Shown: in pieces, positions 1 to 12,422 of the stretch
How the letters are laid out: each line of letters begins with the position of its first letter
Numbering within the stretch: position 1 is the stretch's first letter
NCBI GenBank assembly: GCA_964035575.1
Contig: OZ037833.1
Coordinates: forward strand, 2,418,001-2,482,000
Direction: 5' to 3'
Source of the DNA: Rhynchopus sp. YZ270_cl-10
Taxonomy: Eukaryota
Length of the DNA stretch: 64,000 nucleotides
Notes under the pieces: generated by a model
The model's input: only the letters and a program-made list of their open reading frames with translations
What the model was told of the DNA's origin: nothing
The model's database searches: none
Program-made: the position numbers and the translations under genes

Positions 1-239
1 TTTTTGAAAGATGTCTGCACGAGAGGTTTCATCTTTCAAGTTTTTTTTTTTTTTTCATCTGTTTTTGCCAGCCCCTCCGCTACGTTTTCAGATTTTTTTT
101 GAGTTCTGTTGCGGGTGTTTTTTTTCACCCTGCGCCAGTGAGTCTTATCCAGGGATTCAGATTTCAAAATAGGGGGTCAGCTGTTTTTGTGCCCAAAAAA
201 TTTTCAGCACTGCTGACCAGGTACATTGGGAACATAGGG

Positions 240-475
240 AACTGTATTTTTTTTTGCGAAGAAAAAAAAAAATCAAACAAATGGCGCCGCAGGCGAAAAA
301 AAATATAGGGTACAGTGTAAAAATCTAGCTTTTTACAGCACAGAGTCACACATCGAATCCTTTTTTGCGGAGCAAAAAAGGAAATATGGCGCCGCAGGCA
401 AAAAAAAATTGAGGTACAGCCTGGATGGTGCGGTCAGCAACCCAGTTCCCCATGGTACTCTCGTGGTTCAACCAT

Positions 476-476
<1 letters not shown>
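240..476 (+). repeat. Dispersed repeat; related copies at about 22120-22235 and 51714-51840
   Basis: Shared ttttgcggagcaaaaaa..tggcgccgcaggc..aggtacagcctggatggtgcggtcagcaacccagttccc blocks. Confidence 0.75.
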
Positions 477-518
<42 letters not shown>

Positions 519-1677
519 AAAATTTTCAGACTTCTGTTGCGCCGCAACAGAACTTTATACGGTAGCGGAGCCCCTGGTTTTTGCTGAATCATTCTGTTTG
601 GGTAAAGCGAAAATAAGACTGGTCGTCATTATATCAAAAGGACCGGACACCTTTGGTTTATTCTGGTTTTTTCATTACATTTCAGGTCAAGAAAAAATGG
701 TCAGACCAGATGTATTTTCTTTCTTTTTTCATGTGTGTGCACAAGAGGCACATTCATCTTACAAGTTTTCATTTTTTCTTTTATATTGTCTCATACTCGG
801 GCTGTTAGCTAATTCACTTCCGCTTCTGGCGAAAATCCGTGGGAAAAAAGTTAGGGAGATATCTAAATGTTCGCTGTTCTCAATCACTTCGATTGTTCAA
901 ATAAAGCGATTTTTTTGGGGTTTTTTATTCACCACCTAAGACCCAAGGGCTGAGAGGTATCTTCAGGGCTTACAAGGCCTATATAAAGCCATTTTTTTTT
1001 TGTCAAGGGTGCTCATCAGAAAAATATGAAAATATGTGCGAATTATTCCAAAAAAACAGCCCTTTTGAGGTGGTTCGGCAAAAAATTCCCGCCTGTGGCA
1101 ATCCTAGACCTATTTTCACCCTTTTCTCCGTACAGGGGGCTGAATACCCACTGTTTTTTTTTTCCAGGGAAAACATTTGTTACAGGATGTCGGAATTTTC
1201 CGGAAAATTTTCCAGAATTAGCTGACAGCCTGCATAATCTACCCACACATCTGGAGATGATTCATGCAGTTTGAAACCATCTTTGTTGTCCTTCCCCTCT
1301 TTGGTGGCCTAATTGTGCATATCATTTCTTTTTGAAGCCGCGGTATTTTTCTTCTCTTTAAATTTTTGCTGGGGGTGTGTATTGTATTAAAACCCCCCCA
1401 GTAATGTAGATACTCAGCGAACATCAGTTTTTTTTTTTTTTTTACAAATGCGTGCAGAGTTTATTTTTCGATCCGGTTTTTCAGGCCTCAAGGGGGGTCG
1501 AAAATTTGTCAGCCGGGTCCCCACCTTAGCTCAAGTTGGGGGCCTCCGGCGGAATGTGAGAATTCCGCGGAGTTCGGCACTTCACTGATATTTACACGAG
1601 GCAGACGGGGCATACGAATTATCAGTAACCTCAGTACATTTACAAAAGAAACGGCGGTCATGGCACCCATAGGTTCC

Positions 1678-1800
1678 TGGCGAAGCCACGGTACGCAACA
1701 TTTCAAAAATTTGCGCTTAAAATTACACATTTAACCGCCAAACTATGTCATGGGAAGGGTGGGTTGCAAGCTTGCGCCGCAGGCGCACGGTACGCTACTT
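1678..1800 (+). mobile_element. Dispersed non-autonomous repeat with two GNA-triloop hairpins (rolling-circle-like). Other copies: 2877-3007, 6756-6915, 51515-51635, 46706-46796 (minus); partial 4031, 5694, 6302
   Basis: tggc-GAA-gcca-cggtacgcaac ... gcgcc-GCA-ggcgc-acggtacgctactt shared between copies. Confidence 0.7.
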
Positions 1801-3215
1801 CGGCGCTTGACTAATTGAGTCGCGTTCTGGCTGCACTTTGTTCACGAGGCACGAGGCTGAATATGGCCCCATGGCGAGTGTGGGTGCATGCCGGGCCACC
1901 CCCCCTGTAAATTTTTCGGCCCCCGGATTTTTTTTTTCTCCACCCCCTGGACACGTCTGAAAAACCCCCCAAGGGGGGGTCGAACCCCCCCCCCCCCCCC
2001 ACCCCCCCACAAAAAAATCTCTGAATGCGTGGAGCCATATTCATCCATCTTTCAAAATTTACCCCCCCTTTTTCTTTGTATTTAAAACCACCCCCTTGTT
2101 TCAACCCTCCCTGAGGGTTTTCTTTTCAAGATTGACTATTTCATGAGAGGCTTAGGTTCATCTCATGACCATTTTCTCTTTTCTCTGTCCCCCCGCCACT
2201 ACAGGGTACCGGCATTTTTTTATATTATTACTGGCATCAGGGGATATAGGGGGTTTTACCCCCCCTTGTAAAATGTGATTTTTTTGCGTGACAAACGTTT
2301 TTTTTTACCCATCTCGTAACCTCTACAACTCTTTTACGGCTGGGCGGTAGAAAATGAGGTGTTTTTACTTTCTCTTTTAGTGTTGTTGTTTTTAGGGATG
2401 GGGGGGAAAGCAGTTTTCTTTATTTATGTGAAAGGTAGGAAGAGAACTGGCCGAACCACTCCTTTGCAGGGTCGTACCAGCGCCGGGTGAAACAATCCGT
2501 TGTCCTAAGGGGTGGGTGGACAATAGCTACCTGCTGCACAACTCTAACTTTTTTTTTCAAGGTACACTGTCACGAGAGGGCTTTGTATTTCAATATATTT
2601 TTTTTTTTTTTTTGGTTTTCAGACAGGGTTTCCGCTTATCTTCATGGAAAAATTTTTTTTTCCAAAACCGTGAAGATATGAAGATATGTCCAAAAAGGGG
2701 TCAAAAAAATTTTTTTCGCGCTCCGCGCGAAAAGGTCCGTCCATTTCAGGTAAATACGTGATGACGTGGGATGGTAATGTACATCAAGAACCAAACCAAC
2801 CCTTTTTCTCATGTTTTTTCTACGCCTGCCCTCCCTCAGTATAGGGAGAAACGGCGGTCATAATATCAAAACTTTTTGGCGAAGCCACGGTACGCAACAT
2901 TTCAAAAATTGTGACTTAAAATCAACCATTTTTACAGACAAACTATGGTAGAGGGCTGTGGGATTCCGCTCATAAGTTTTGCGCCGCAGGCGCACGGTAC
3001 GCTACTTTTTTTATTTTTGTCGATCCCTTATTCTCACTCTTTGTCAAATGGTGCAAAGATTGAGGGACTTGGGGCACGGTCTGAAACTTTACCTCGCTAT
3101 ATCCTCTTCACAATGATACCAGGAAGGGGATAAGACGCGCTTCGCGCGCGCGCGACGCCCTGCCTCCCCTTTTTTTCTGGGTTTTTTTTTTTTTTTTTTT
3201 TTTTTTTATTCCCCT

Positions 3216-3564
3216 GGGAAATAAAGTATACGAAGGATTTGGCACTTTTAGCGGGATTTTATTTAATGATAATTTCACGCTAAATTTTGGTACATGTAGG
3301 TAGTAGGGCTGGAGGGACCGTCCAGCCTTTTTTAGCCTCCCTCCAGCCTCCTCAATCCCGCCAGCCCCTCAGCGGGCCTATCTAGGGGTCCGCGGGACCC
3401 GGTAGCGCTGGCGGGAGGGTAATGAGAGCTTTTTTTTTTTTTTTTTCACGCTCTTTTTTTTTTTTTTCCCTGAGAGCTTCCTGTGAGGACACATACTCGT
3501 TAGTTATTGCACAATAAATAAGTCACGCTAAAAGTGCCAAATCCTTTCGTATACTTTATTTCCC
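3216..3564. mobile_element. MITE-like element with about 40-bp terminal inverted repeats
   Basis: gggaaataaagtatacgaaggatttggcacttttagcg versus cgctaaaagtgccaaatcctttcgtatactttatttccc. Confidence 0.7.
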
Positions 3565-3580
3565 GTGAAATAAAATTACG

Positions 3581-3746
3581 TATTCACCTCCTTTTAGCGG
3601 ATTATTTTGCGATACTTCACTTATTTTTTTCCCAGGCTCGTGCACTCAATTTGCCTCGCTTCGCTCGGCAAATTAAGTAGCCCTCGCCTGGGAAAAAAAT
3701 GCGTGAAGTTATCGCAAAATAAAACCCCGCTAAAAGGAGGTGAATA
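3581..3746. mobile_element. Fully palindromic MITE-like element
   Basis: tattcacctccttttagcgg ... ccgctaaaaggaggtgaata with centre aatttgcctcgcttcgctcggcaaatt. Confidence 0.75.
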
Positions 3747-4821
3747 AATAGTTATTTTTTTTTTCTCATGAAGATATCTTCATGGGAAAAAACGGGAAAA
3801 TCCCAGATTTTTTTTTTTTTTGAAGATTTTTTGGGTCATATCTTCATAGCGGAAACACTGTTTTCAGAACACTCCACTATATACCCGCCCACCCCTTTTT
3901 GTTCTGGCCAGAGTTTATGTTCACAAAAACAAATGCCCATCCCACCCCCCTCCTCTGGCAGAAAAGGCAGCTTTGTATACTGGTGATCCACAAGCCGTAG
4001 TGGGTGATCAGTGTCCTCAGTATAGGTTCCTGGCGAAGCCGCGGTGCGTAAACATTTCTAAAAAAAAAGATGTTGTCATAAAATGGCACTGTCGTTGGTA
4101 ATTATCGACAGGAAAAAAAATGCCCGTGAAAAATGCTATCAGAGCCAATACTGTATTGCCAGCAATTTTTATTTACATATTCTGGCCGAAAAAAAGGTCA
4201 ACCTGGTGTTCTGCTTTCATCTTCCACACCATTTGGTCGAAGCCCTACCTCCCCTGCCCTTCTCCTTTTATAATTTTATTTTTCAACACTGTCCTGATTT
4301 TTCGCCCATTTTGACACGACCATTTTTACACCCCGGGTTTTCTGAAAAAAGGAGTCAGGCCAGACCCATCTCTTGCCACACTTTTAGGGATGGTTATCTG
4401 TAAGCATCCTGGCCTTTCAAAGGGTATTGACCAGAACCCTTGAGGTGAGTTGACGATCAACAGAAAAAAAAAGGTTTGGTCGGAAGGATAGAGATAGCGA
4501 AGACTGTCTGAATGGCAACTACACTAAACAGAGTATCAAAAAAAAAAAAGAAAAAATAGTGGAACTCATCCTAGGGAGTCTGCACTAATACAACCACGTT
4601 TTCAAACAGGCTTCGCGCTAACTTTTGGAAAAAAATCTGAAAAATCGTGTTTCGGGACCAAAAAAACGCACCTCAAATAGTTGTGCGTCAGGGGGTGAAA
4701 AAACAGTGTTTTGTGGCATTTCCGAGCCAATCCCGCGCTGTGGTGGGGCATATTCGGGAAAATGGACAAAATTTTAGTGACTTAAATTTTCACAAAATAT
4801 GAACCCATACTCTTAAACAAG

Positions 4822-5623
4822 TGGGGTGGCCCGGGGGCACGGCGTTTTTTTTTTTCAAAAATAAAAAAAATAAAATCACAAAAAATCACAAAAAATCACA
4901 AAAAATCACAAAAAATCACAAAAAAAATAATAGTAAATTATCACGGCAATATAAAAAAAAATCACAAATAATCACAAAAAGTCACAAATAATCACGGCAG
5001 TCAAAAAAAAAATCACAAAAAATCACAAAAAAAATAATAGTAAATTATCACGGCAATATAAAAAAAAATCACAAATAATCACAAAAAGTCACAAATAATC
5101 ACGGCAGTCAAAAAAAAAATCACAAAAAATCACAAAAAAAATAATAGTAAATTATCACGGCAATATAAAAAAAAATCACAAATAATCACAAAAAGTCACA
5201 AATAATCACGGCAGTCAAAAAAAAAATCACAAAAAATCACAAATGATCACCAAAAATCACAACAATAAAAAAAAAATCACAAATAATCACAAATAATCAC
5301 AACAATCAAAAAAAAAAATCACAAAAAATCACAAATAATCACCAAAAAATCACAACAATCAAAAAAATAATCACAAAAAGTCACAAAATAATCACGGCAA
5401 TAAAAAAAAAATCACCAAAAATCACCAAAAATCACAAATAATCACCAAAAATCACAACAATCAAAAAAAAAATCACAAAAAGTCACAAATAATCACGACA
5501 GTAAAAAAAAAATCACAAATAATCACAAATAATCACAAGATTTTTTGTGATTCTGTTGCGACCTCTTGTGATTTTCTCCTAAAAAAAAGAACACAATTTC
5601 AGCCGCGCCCACGGGCCACCCCA
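4822..5623. mobile_element. TIR element (TG...CA ends, 5-bp TSD ACAAG) filled by an AATCAC minisatellite
   Basis: TIR tggggtggcccgggggcacggc / gccgcgcccacgggccacccca; TSD at 4817-21 and 5624-28; uninterrupted host copy at about 6016-6060. Confidence 0.8.
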
Positions 5624-5683
5624 ACAAGGGGCATTTTCAGGTCTGAAAACCCAAATTCAGATGAAATTGTGGTGTTTTGACTG

Positions 5684-6486
5684 GGAACAGGTAGTGCCGC
5701 AGGCGCACGGTACCCAACTTTTTTCTTTTTATTTTTCCCTTTTTTCTGCTTTCTTTTGATTGCACGAGCCGATTGCTCTCCACGGTGGGGTCACATGTGT
5801 GCGCAAAAACACTCTAAAGTACTCTTACTCTGAACGATGAGATTCCTCTGGTTTTAGTAAGGAACCCCCTGTTTGCAAAAAGTGCGTAAATTTCCTGTGG
5901 CTTTTTCCCGCCAAGAGGTCGTTTTGTTGCATTTCCGAACCAATCCCGGATTGTGGTGGGGGATGTACGGAAAAATGGACAAAAATGCAGCGACTTAAAA
6001 TTTGACAAAACATGAGCCCATACTCGTAAACAAGGGTTATTTTCAGGTCTGAAAACCCAACGTACTGAAGAGCTATCGGTAATGTAGTGATGGCGGTGGG
6101 GTTTCAGTGACCACAGAGAAGAGTGAGAAAACCCAGGACGGTTATGGCCTCGGAGGGGGTGTGCCCCATGGCGTCCTAATCAATCTTTATCCGTGAGGGA
6201 GGGGGGATCATCCTCAGGGGGGATGTGGTGCCGTACTCAAAATAAAATGAACTGTACATAAGTACATCGTGTTTAAACATAAAGGAGGGTAGGAACAGGT
6301 AGCGCCGCAGGCGCACGGTACCCAACTTTTTTCTTTTTTTCTTTTCCCTCTTCTCTGCTTTCTTTTGATCGCGCGAGTCGATTGCTCTCCACGGTGGGGT
6401 CACATGTGTGTGTGAAAACACTCTAAAGTACCCTTACTATGAAATATGAGATTCTCTGGTTTTCTTAAGGAACCCCCGGTTTGCAA
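5684..6486 (+). repeat. Local direct duplication (about 5684-5880 versus 6292-6486; 5925-6060 also matches 4710-4820 plus 5624-5655)
   Basis: ggaacaggtag.gccgcaggcgcacggtacccaac...gattgctctccacggtggggtcacatgtgtg...aaggaacccc repeated. Confidence 0.75.
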
Positions 6487-7853
6487 AAAAAAAACGCACC
6501 ACAAAAATATCCAAAAATCCCGGGACAAAGGACAGAAGTTAGCGCAAAGCCTGTTTTCAAAAAAGAAAGAATTTTTTTTTTGGGGGTGGGGTGGGGCAGG
6601 GGACATTGGTAGTTTGAGATTTTGAAAAAAAAGCCGGTGTGAGCCAAAAAAGCCGGTGTGAGGCAATTTTTTTTTCCCCACGCATTTTTGGCAGAGACCT
6701 CCACAACTCTTTCCCCTCCGCGCCCTTGTCTAACCATATGACATCAAAACTTTTCTGGCGAAGCCACGGTACGCAACATTTCAAAAATTGTGACATAAAA
6801 TCGCACGCTTTTATAGCCAAACTATGGTATAGGTAGCTGTGACTATGGCATAGGGTAGAGCTGTGGGCTACCGCTCGTCATTTTAGCTGCGCCGCAGGCG
6901 CACGGTACGCTACTTTTTTATGAGAGTTGCGAACATCTATTTCTTTTGATTGAACGGACCGATTGGTCTTTATGGTGGGGTCACATGCACATAAGAAACC
7001 GCTACAGATGTGGTTGTAGCCTTGTATGAGGAGATAAAATTCAGAAAAAATTTCAAAAATCCGCCTTTTTCTTTTTTTTTTTTTTTTTTTCTCAAAATCC
7101 CACACCGGCACACCGGCATACTAATGTCCCCTGGGGTGGGGGAGAAGCGTAACGATTGCCATAGCATAGTTGACCCCGAAAAGATAAAGTATCGTCACAT
7201 TGGGTATTGTTTTTGCAGGATTGTTTTATTTTTCAACGTTGACAAAAAAAAAATTGGTTTTGTGCGATAGTGATTGAAAGCTGGGAAAAAAAAATGGGGG
7301 AAAAAAAAAAGAACTGTCAGACCATGAGGAAAAGTGTGCTGCCTGTCACCTAAAAACAAAAAAGTCAGTTTCAGGAGTAGAAAAATTCTAAACCCCTGAT
7401 CAAGATTGATGAAAAAGAGGGGGGAAAAAACGAAGAAAAAAAGACAAATATCGCACTTTACGCAAAACCCGTTCAATCAGTCTACATATTATGTCAACCC
7501 GCTCGCAAAGACACCGATGGTACGCCCTGATGCTGTCTTTATTTATTTTATTTTATTTTTTTTTTATAAATGAACGAAACCCATCGTTGATTCTTTTTTT
7601 TTTTTGGAGTGAAAGCATGGCCTCACGATGTATTTTTTTTTCTTCTATTTTTTTGGTCTTTCCCTCAGTTCAGTACTAAAACCAAAACAGCTTTATCAAA
7701 AAATTAAAAAAAATGCCACAGAAAACAAAAGCCCCAGATGGGTACGATGTCAGTATATACCCCACTCTTCACAGTGCGTGACCACACCCCCCCCTCCTTT
7801 TTACCTCCATTCTAGCACTCTTCTTCTCACCTCACCTTCCACGGCAGACTGAT

Positions 7854-7960
7854 CAGGGGGACTACTAGTAGTGTTATTAGGCCAAATGACTAGTGTTTTT
7901 ACAACTAGTTTGATATCATTAGTCGAGTGAGCAACTAGTTCCACTAGGTAGTACCCCCTG
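7854..7960. mobile_element. Small MITE-like element with CAGGGGG...CCCCCTG ends and internal ACTAGT repeats
   Basis: cagggggactact / agtaccccctg. Confidence 0.5.
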
Positions 7961-8221
7961 ACTAGTCGTCGTGTCCAAGGCTGTCCCCTTATACCCCATC
8001 TACGAAGAACATTTATTCGAGTGGCATTGTACCTATTTCCCCCACAGCAGTTCCAATCACGCTGAAAGTAGCTTCCCCTCCCCTTTTCCATCAAGTTTAT
8101 CCTCCCTCCTCATCCTTCCCCCTTACAAAACCTTACAAAAACACCCACTCCCACCACATCTACAGGATACTAAAAAAACACCCACCTTTTTTTCTCTCTC
8201 CTTTACCTTTTTTACAACACA

Positions 8222-8896
8222 ATGTGCTCTTCCATGTACAGCAAGCCCTCCACCATGCAGACCTACAAGGCGTACGGTCTGGGGCGTATCAGCAAGATGG
8301 AGCTGGAATGCACGCTGAAGAACCTGGGAATGTCGCTTGCCCCGAGAGGACTGCACCTTGAGGGTGAGGATGGGCGGTTCAACGCTTTTGTGAACTGCCA
8401 CCCTTCGGTTGATGCTGGCACTGTCAAGCAGCGTTTGAGAAGCATTGGTGCCAGGCACGTTAAGACACTTGACAGCTACAACGCGCCCACCGAAAGCAAG
8501 AAGGGAAACGTTCTGCTGCTTATCGTGGTGGCCTATGATGAGACTATGAGCACAGAGGAAATGCTGCTTCAGGTGGAGGGGATTGAGACGTTCACCATGG
8601 AATACATCAAGACACAGACAGGGCGTCAGCCGAAGTCGGTCTGCGCATACAACCATGCAGGCACTATGTGCAAATTCGGGATCGAAATGCAGAACGCAGA
8701 CGACGCAAACGCCGTCCTCGCAGCCGGTCTCTTCGACGCTCTCTGGTACAACAGAACTCTGATGTACTCCCTCCAGAAGACCAAGAAGCAGATCCACTAC
8801 AAGACCGTCACCCCCGAAGTCCCACCGCCAGTCGCCACCCCGCAGGCAGTCGAGATCCCGGAAGACATCCAGCTCCTTCTGGCCCAGTGTGCTTGA
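8222..8896 (+). CDS. Hypothetical 224-aa protein, probably two divergent RRM-like domains
   Basis: GC-rich ORF with ACAATG start context after a pyrimidine tract. Segments TYKAYGL..SKMELECTL..NAFVNC and LLQVEGI..FGIEMQNADDANAVL..RTLMYSL have RRM-like beta/alpha spacing (inference). Confidence 0.65.
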   Translation: MCSSMYSKPSTMQTYKAYGLGRISKMELECTLKNLGMSLAPRGLHLEGEDGRFNAFVNCHPSVDAGTVKQRLRSIGARHVKTLDSYNAPTESKKGNVLLLIVVAYDETMSTEEMLLQVEGIETFTMEYIKTQTGRQPKSVCAYNHAGTMCKFGIEMQNADDANAVLAAGLFDALWYNRTLMYSLQKTKKQIHYKTVTPEVPPPVATPQAVEIPEDIQLLLAQCA

Positions 8897-9165
8897 AGGA
8901 GAGAAGAAAAAAAAAAAGATATGAGAAAGAAAATAAGAAGGTGGTAAGTATTTTTTTCCCAATGTATCCGTTTTTTTTTAGATGTGATGGGATTTCTCCT
9001 TGAGGTTTTTCATTCGTCTTCTGAAAAAAAAAATGCCGGTATTTTTTTTTCTCCATTTCCCTCCCCCTCCCCAAAAAAAAAAATCCACAAAAAAGATAAA
9101 CGTTTCTTAAGATACAGTTTCTGTTCTTCATTTTTCGACAAAAAAAAGTTAACAAAACTTTGGTT

Positions 9166-9199
<34 letters not shown>

Positions 9200-10193
9200 T
9201 TACTCTCCCCTCGCCTGCTGGTGGTACATCGTCGATGTTACCTCCTGCCAGGCAATGTGGTCCTTTCCTTTGATAGGTATACAGTAAAAAAAACCAAAGT
9301 GTTTGCGAAATACTTAGTTTCTTTTTTGTGTATTCTAACGAAGGAAAAATGCCACACCGCTTCGTTGTCTCGGTGGAGACAAAGAAAAAAAGAGTTCTGG
9401 GTTTATTCCCTGTTCTTCTGTTCCTTTGTACTCTGCTCAGATAACTCGCACCCCCCTATAAAAGCAAATTCCCAATTTTATTTTTTCCCCATTTGGCTAC
9501 GTTCTGGTTCTGTATTTTTTGTTTTTTTTTTTTTTCGTACCGAGTGTTTTTTTGAAAAGCGATAGCGGCATTTTTAAAAGATCTGTTTCAAGTTCAAAGT
9601 GTAAACAAGGATTTAAAAAAAAAAAAAGTGGGATCGTAAAGTTTTGAATGAATAACGCTATGTGAACTGTTGCCTGTCTTTTGTGTAGGGTCACTGATGC
9701 ACTTTTTTTATTGGTTTTGCTTATTAGCCCTGGAGGCTTGTATGGATTGCTGAGAAAAAATCGTTGTTTTTCAGATTCACCCTAGATAAATCAATTCAGT
9801 CACTTTCATGGCGTTGTTCGGTAATTTCGATGCTTTGCTTTGTCCATTTTTTTCTTCTTCTTATTCTTGTCCAAACTGGAGCAGAAAATTCAAATTTGGG
9901 CTTGTCTGGTTGATATGTACCTGGACTCAGAGGTTATTTCACCGTTTCGGTCGTGCCTGTTGCAGTCAGCCTGACAAATCTATATTTTCGAATTTTTTTT
10001 CATTGAACGTCTTTTACTTTTTTCCACAACAGTGTTGCGTAATTTTGTTGTTCAAAGTTTAAAAAGTGATGTTTGGATGAATGTGCCCCATAGGTTCATT
10101 GCATCCATCTTTTCTTAGAGAATTAGACAAAAATATGCACACCCTTTTCAATGGTATTTTTTTTTTTTCGTGTAGATTTTGACATAAGTTGTT

Positions 10194-10293
10194 CAAACAA
10201 ACAAACAAACAAACAAACAAACAAACAAACAAACAAACAAACAAACAAACAAACAAACAAACAAACAAACAAACAAACAAACAAACAAACAAA
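10194..10293. repeat. (CAAA)25 microsatellite
   Basis: Perfect tetranucleotide array. Confidence 0.97.
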
Positions 10294-12422
10294 ACTGTGA
10301 AGGAATCTACTTTCTGTTCAGGGCAAGGGGCTTGCGCATGTCTCTTGAAGTGCACAGGCCCCTCCGTTGAGCATGAAGCTTTACTCTTACACAGGCAAAA
10401 TCGTCATTGTCGAAGAGACAGCACAAAAGAAAAAAATGGAGATTGTAAACACACAAATTCCAATTTTTTTCAAATCAAACAAAAACAAAAAAAAGATCAA
10501 AAAAAAAACCCCCCCACCCCCACTCCCATATCAAAAGGCCATCACAGTGACCCAAACAGAAGGGGTCCAGAAACAGCAGAAAACATTTGTTTGAAGCAGC
10601 TTCTTGGTGGTTGTGGGATTTTTTTTTTTTTTTTTTTATTCTTTCGTTTTTTTTTTCCGTTTTTGTCCCTCTTTTCAACCCTTTTTTTTGGGGGGAATTT
10701 TCTCTTTAATACCCTCCCAACATCCATTTTTCACTAATACCCCATGGGGATGAACGAGAATGGGTACGGGAATTGGGGATTAGAGTCAACCCGTCCCCTT
10801 TTTTTTAGCTTTTTATTTTTATTTTTATTTTTATTTTTATCCACGCTTTATTTTTGTTGTAACCCCGCTCACACACATGTAAGGTGAGACCAGCAGCCGT
10901 TTGTAGCATCACCTTCTCAAGCTATGTAAACACACTACCTTAGAAAGGTAAGGGAACAGGACAGTACAGAGAGGCGAGACCCCCCTATCATCTAGGGGAA
11001 ATTTCCACTGCAAAATGCTTCAACGCAACAAAACGAACAACAACAAAAGAGACACAAGTAACTTTTTATTTTTTTCTAGTGCGATCCGCTGATCTACGGT
11101 GCAGTGTTTGCATTGAAAACTTTCACTTTCTCTGTTGTATTGTCCCCTCCTTAGTGCATCAAACCGTGGGTAGGCCCCCTTACAATCGTGTATTCGCCAT
11201 TTTTTTTTTTTTCTTTTCTTTTCTCTGGCGAGAAAAATTGGTGAAAAATAAATAGTGAAGCACACTCTAGGGTGGCTACACTAATACAACCAAGTTTTCC
11301 AAAAAAAAAAAAAAAAAGGTGGAAACAAAAAAGCGACTATGCAGTGTGTCTGTTCGCTTTTTTCTTTTAGCTTTTTTTTTTTGCAACATTTTTTTTTTTT
11401 TTGACGCGACTCACCCCCCTCTCTTAAGATGACTAAGTATTGTGCTTAGATTCAACTTATCAGTTTTTTTTTTCTTTCTCTCGTTTTTTTCTTTTTTTTG
11501 ATCATCATTCGTTTGATGCTTCATATTTTCATCATTTTCTTTATATCCGCATCTGGTCGTACCTTCGAAAACAAAAAAGGGGTAAACATATACAACAAAA
11601 TCCTCCTCTGGAAGATGATTGCGATGTGTCAGTGTAAATAAATGCTATTTTTTTAAAAAAAGGCGTTCAACGATACACCGTATTACCCTTAAAATTCGGC
11701 GATTCACAAACCTTTACTAAATTAGCACAAAAAAAATTGTGAGTATTTTTAGTTTCGTTTCAAAAAATATGAAAATAAACGAGACCATAAATGAGGAATG
11801 AATACAACGTCTTCATTATGATTTTTTTGTCTAAAAAAAAACGCAAAAAAAAGGATGGAAACCCCATTTAAAAAAAATCGTGAATAAAACTGCCGTTTGG
11901 GTAAAAAATACAAAATTATATTTACCCCAGATTTTCAAAAAAAAAAAAAAAAAGGAAACAGAGAGAAAATATGTCTCGGGACCAAGTGGTCTGAGGCAAA
12001 AAAAAAAAAGTGGGACATAACCTGCTTTGGTGGGAGCTATGTCACCACAACACACAAAAAAAAAATGGTAAGAAAAGAAAAGACTACAAAAGCAAAAGTA
12101 GAAAAACAAACAGACTCTATTTCCTTTTGATGTAAACCACGAAATGGATAGCAGGACTGCATGGTTGCGTCCACCCCCCCCCGGTACACTGTCGGGCTTT
12201 GTATTTCAAGCCAACTTTTATCAGATGAAAAACCTCGAAAATAGTGGAGTTCATCTTCGGGTGTCTACACTAAAACAACCAGGTTTTCAAAACAAAATAT
12301 CGAAAAACCTCAAAAACTGCATGGTTGCGGGGTCCACCCCCCACCCCACTGAAAGCCTCACCTACATTCACACCCACTAACAGCCCCTCCCCTTTCCCTT
12401 TTCCCTTTCTCAATACACAAAA

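Noticed and set aside
925..1022. Minus-strand CTGATGA and CTGAAGA hammerhead-like cores
   Set aside because: Could not find a matching stem II closed by GAAA.
10059..10737. ORFs with KQTN/FVCL repeats
   Set aside because: Product of the (CAAA)n microsatellite and homopolymer runs.
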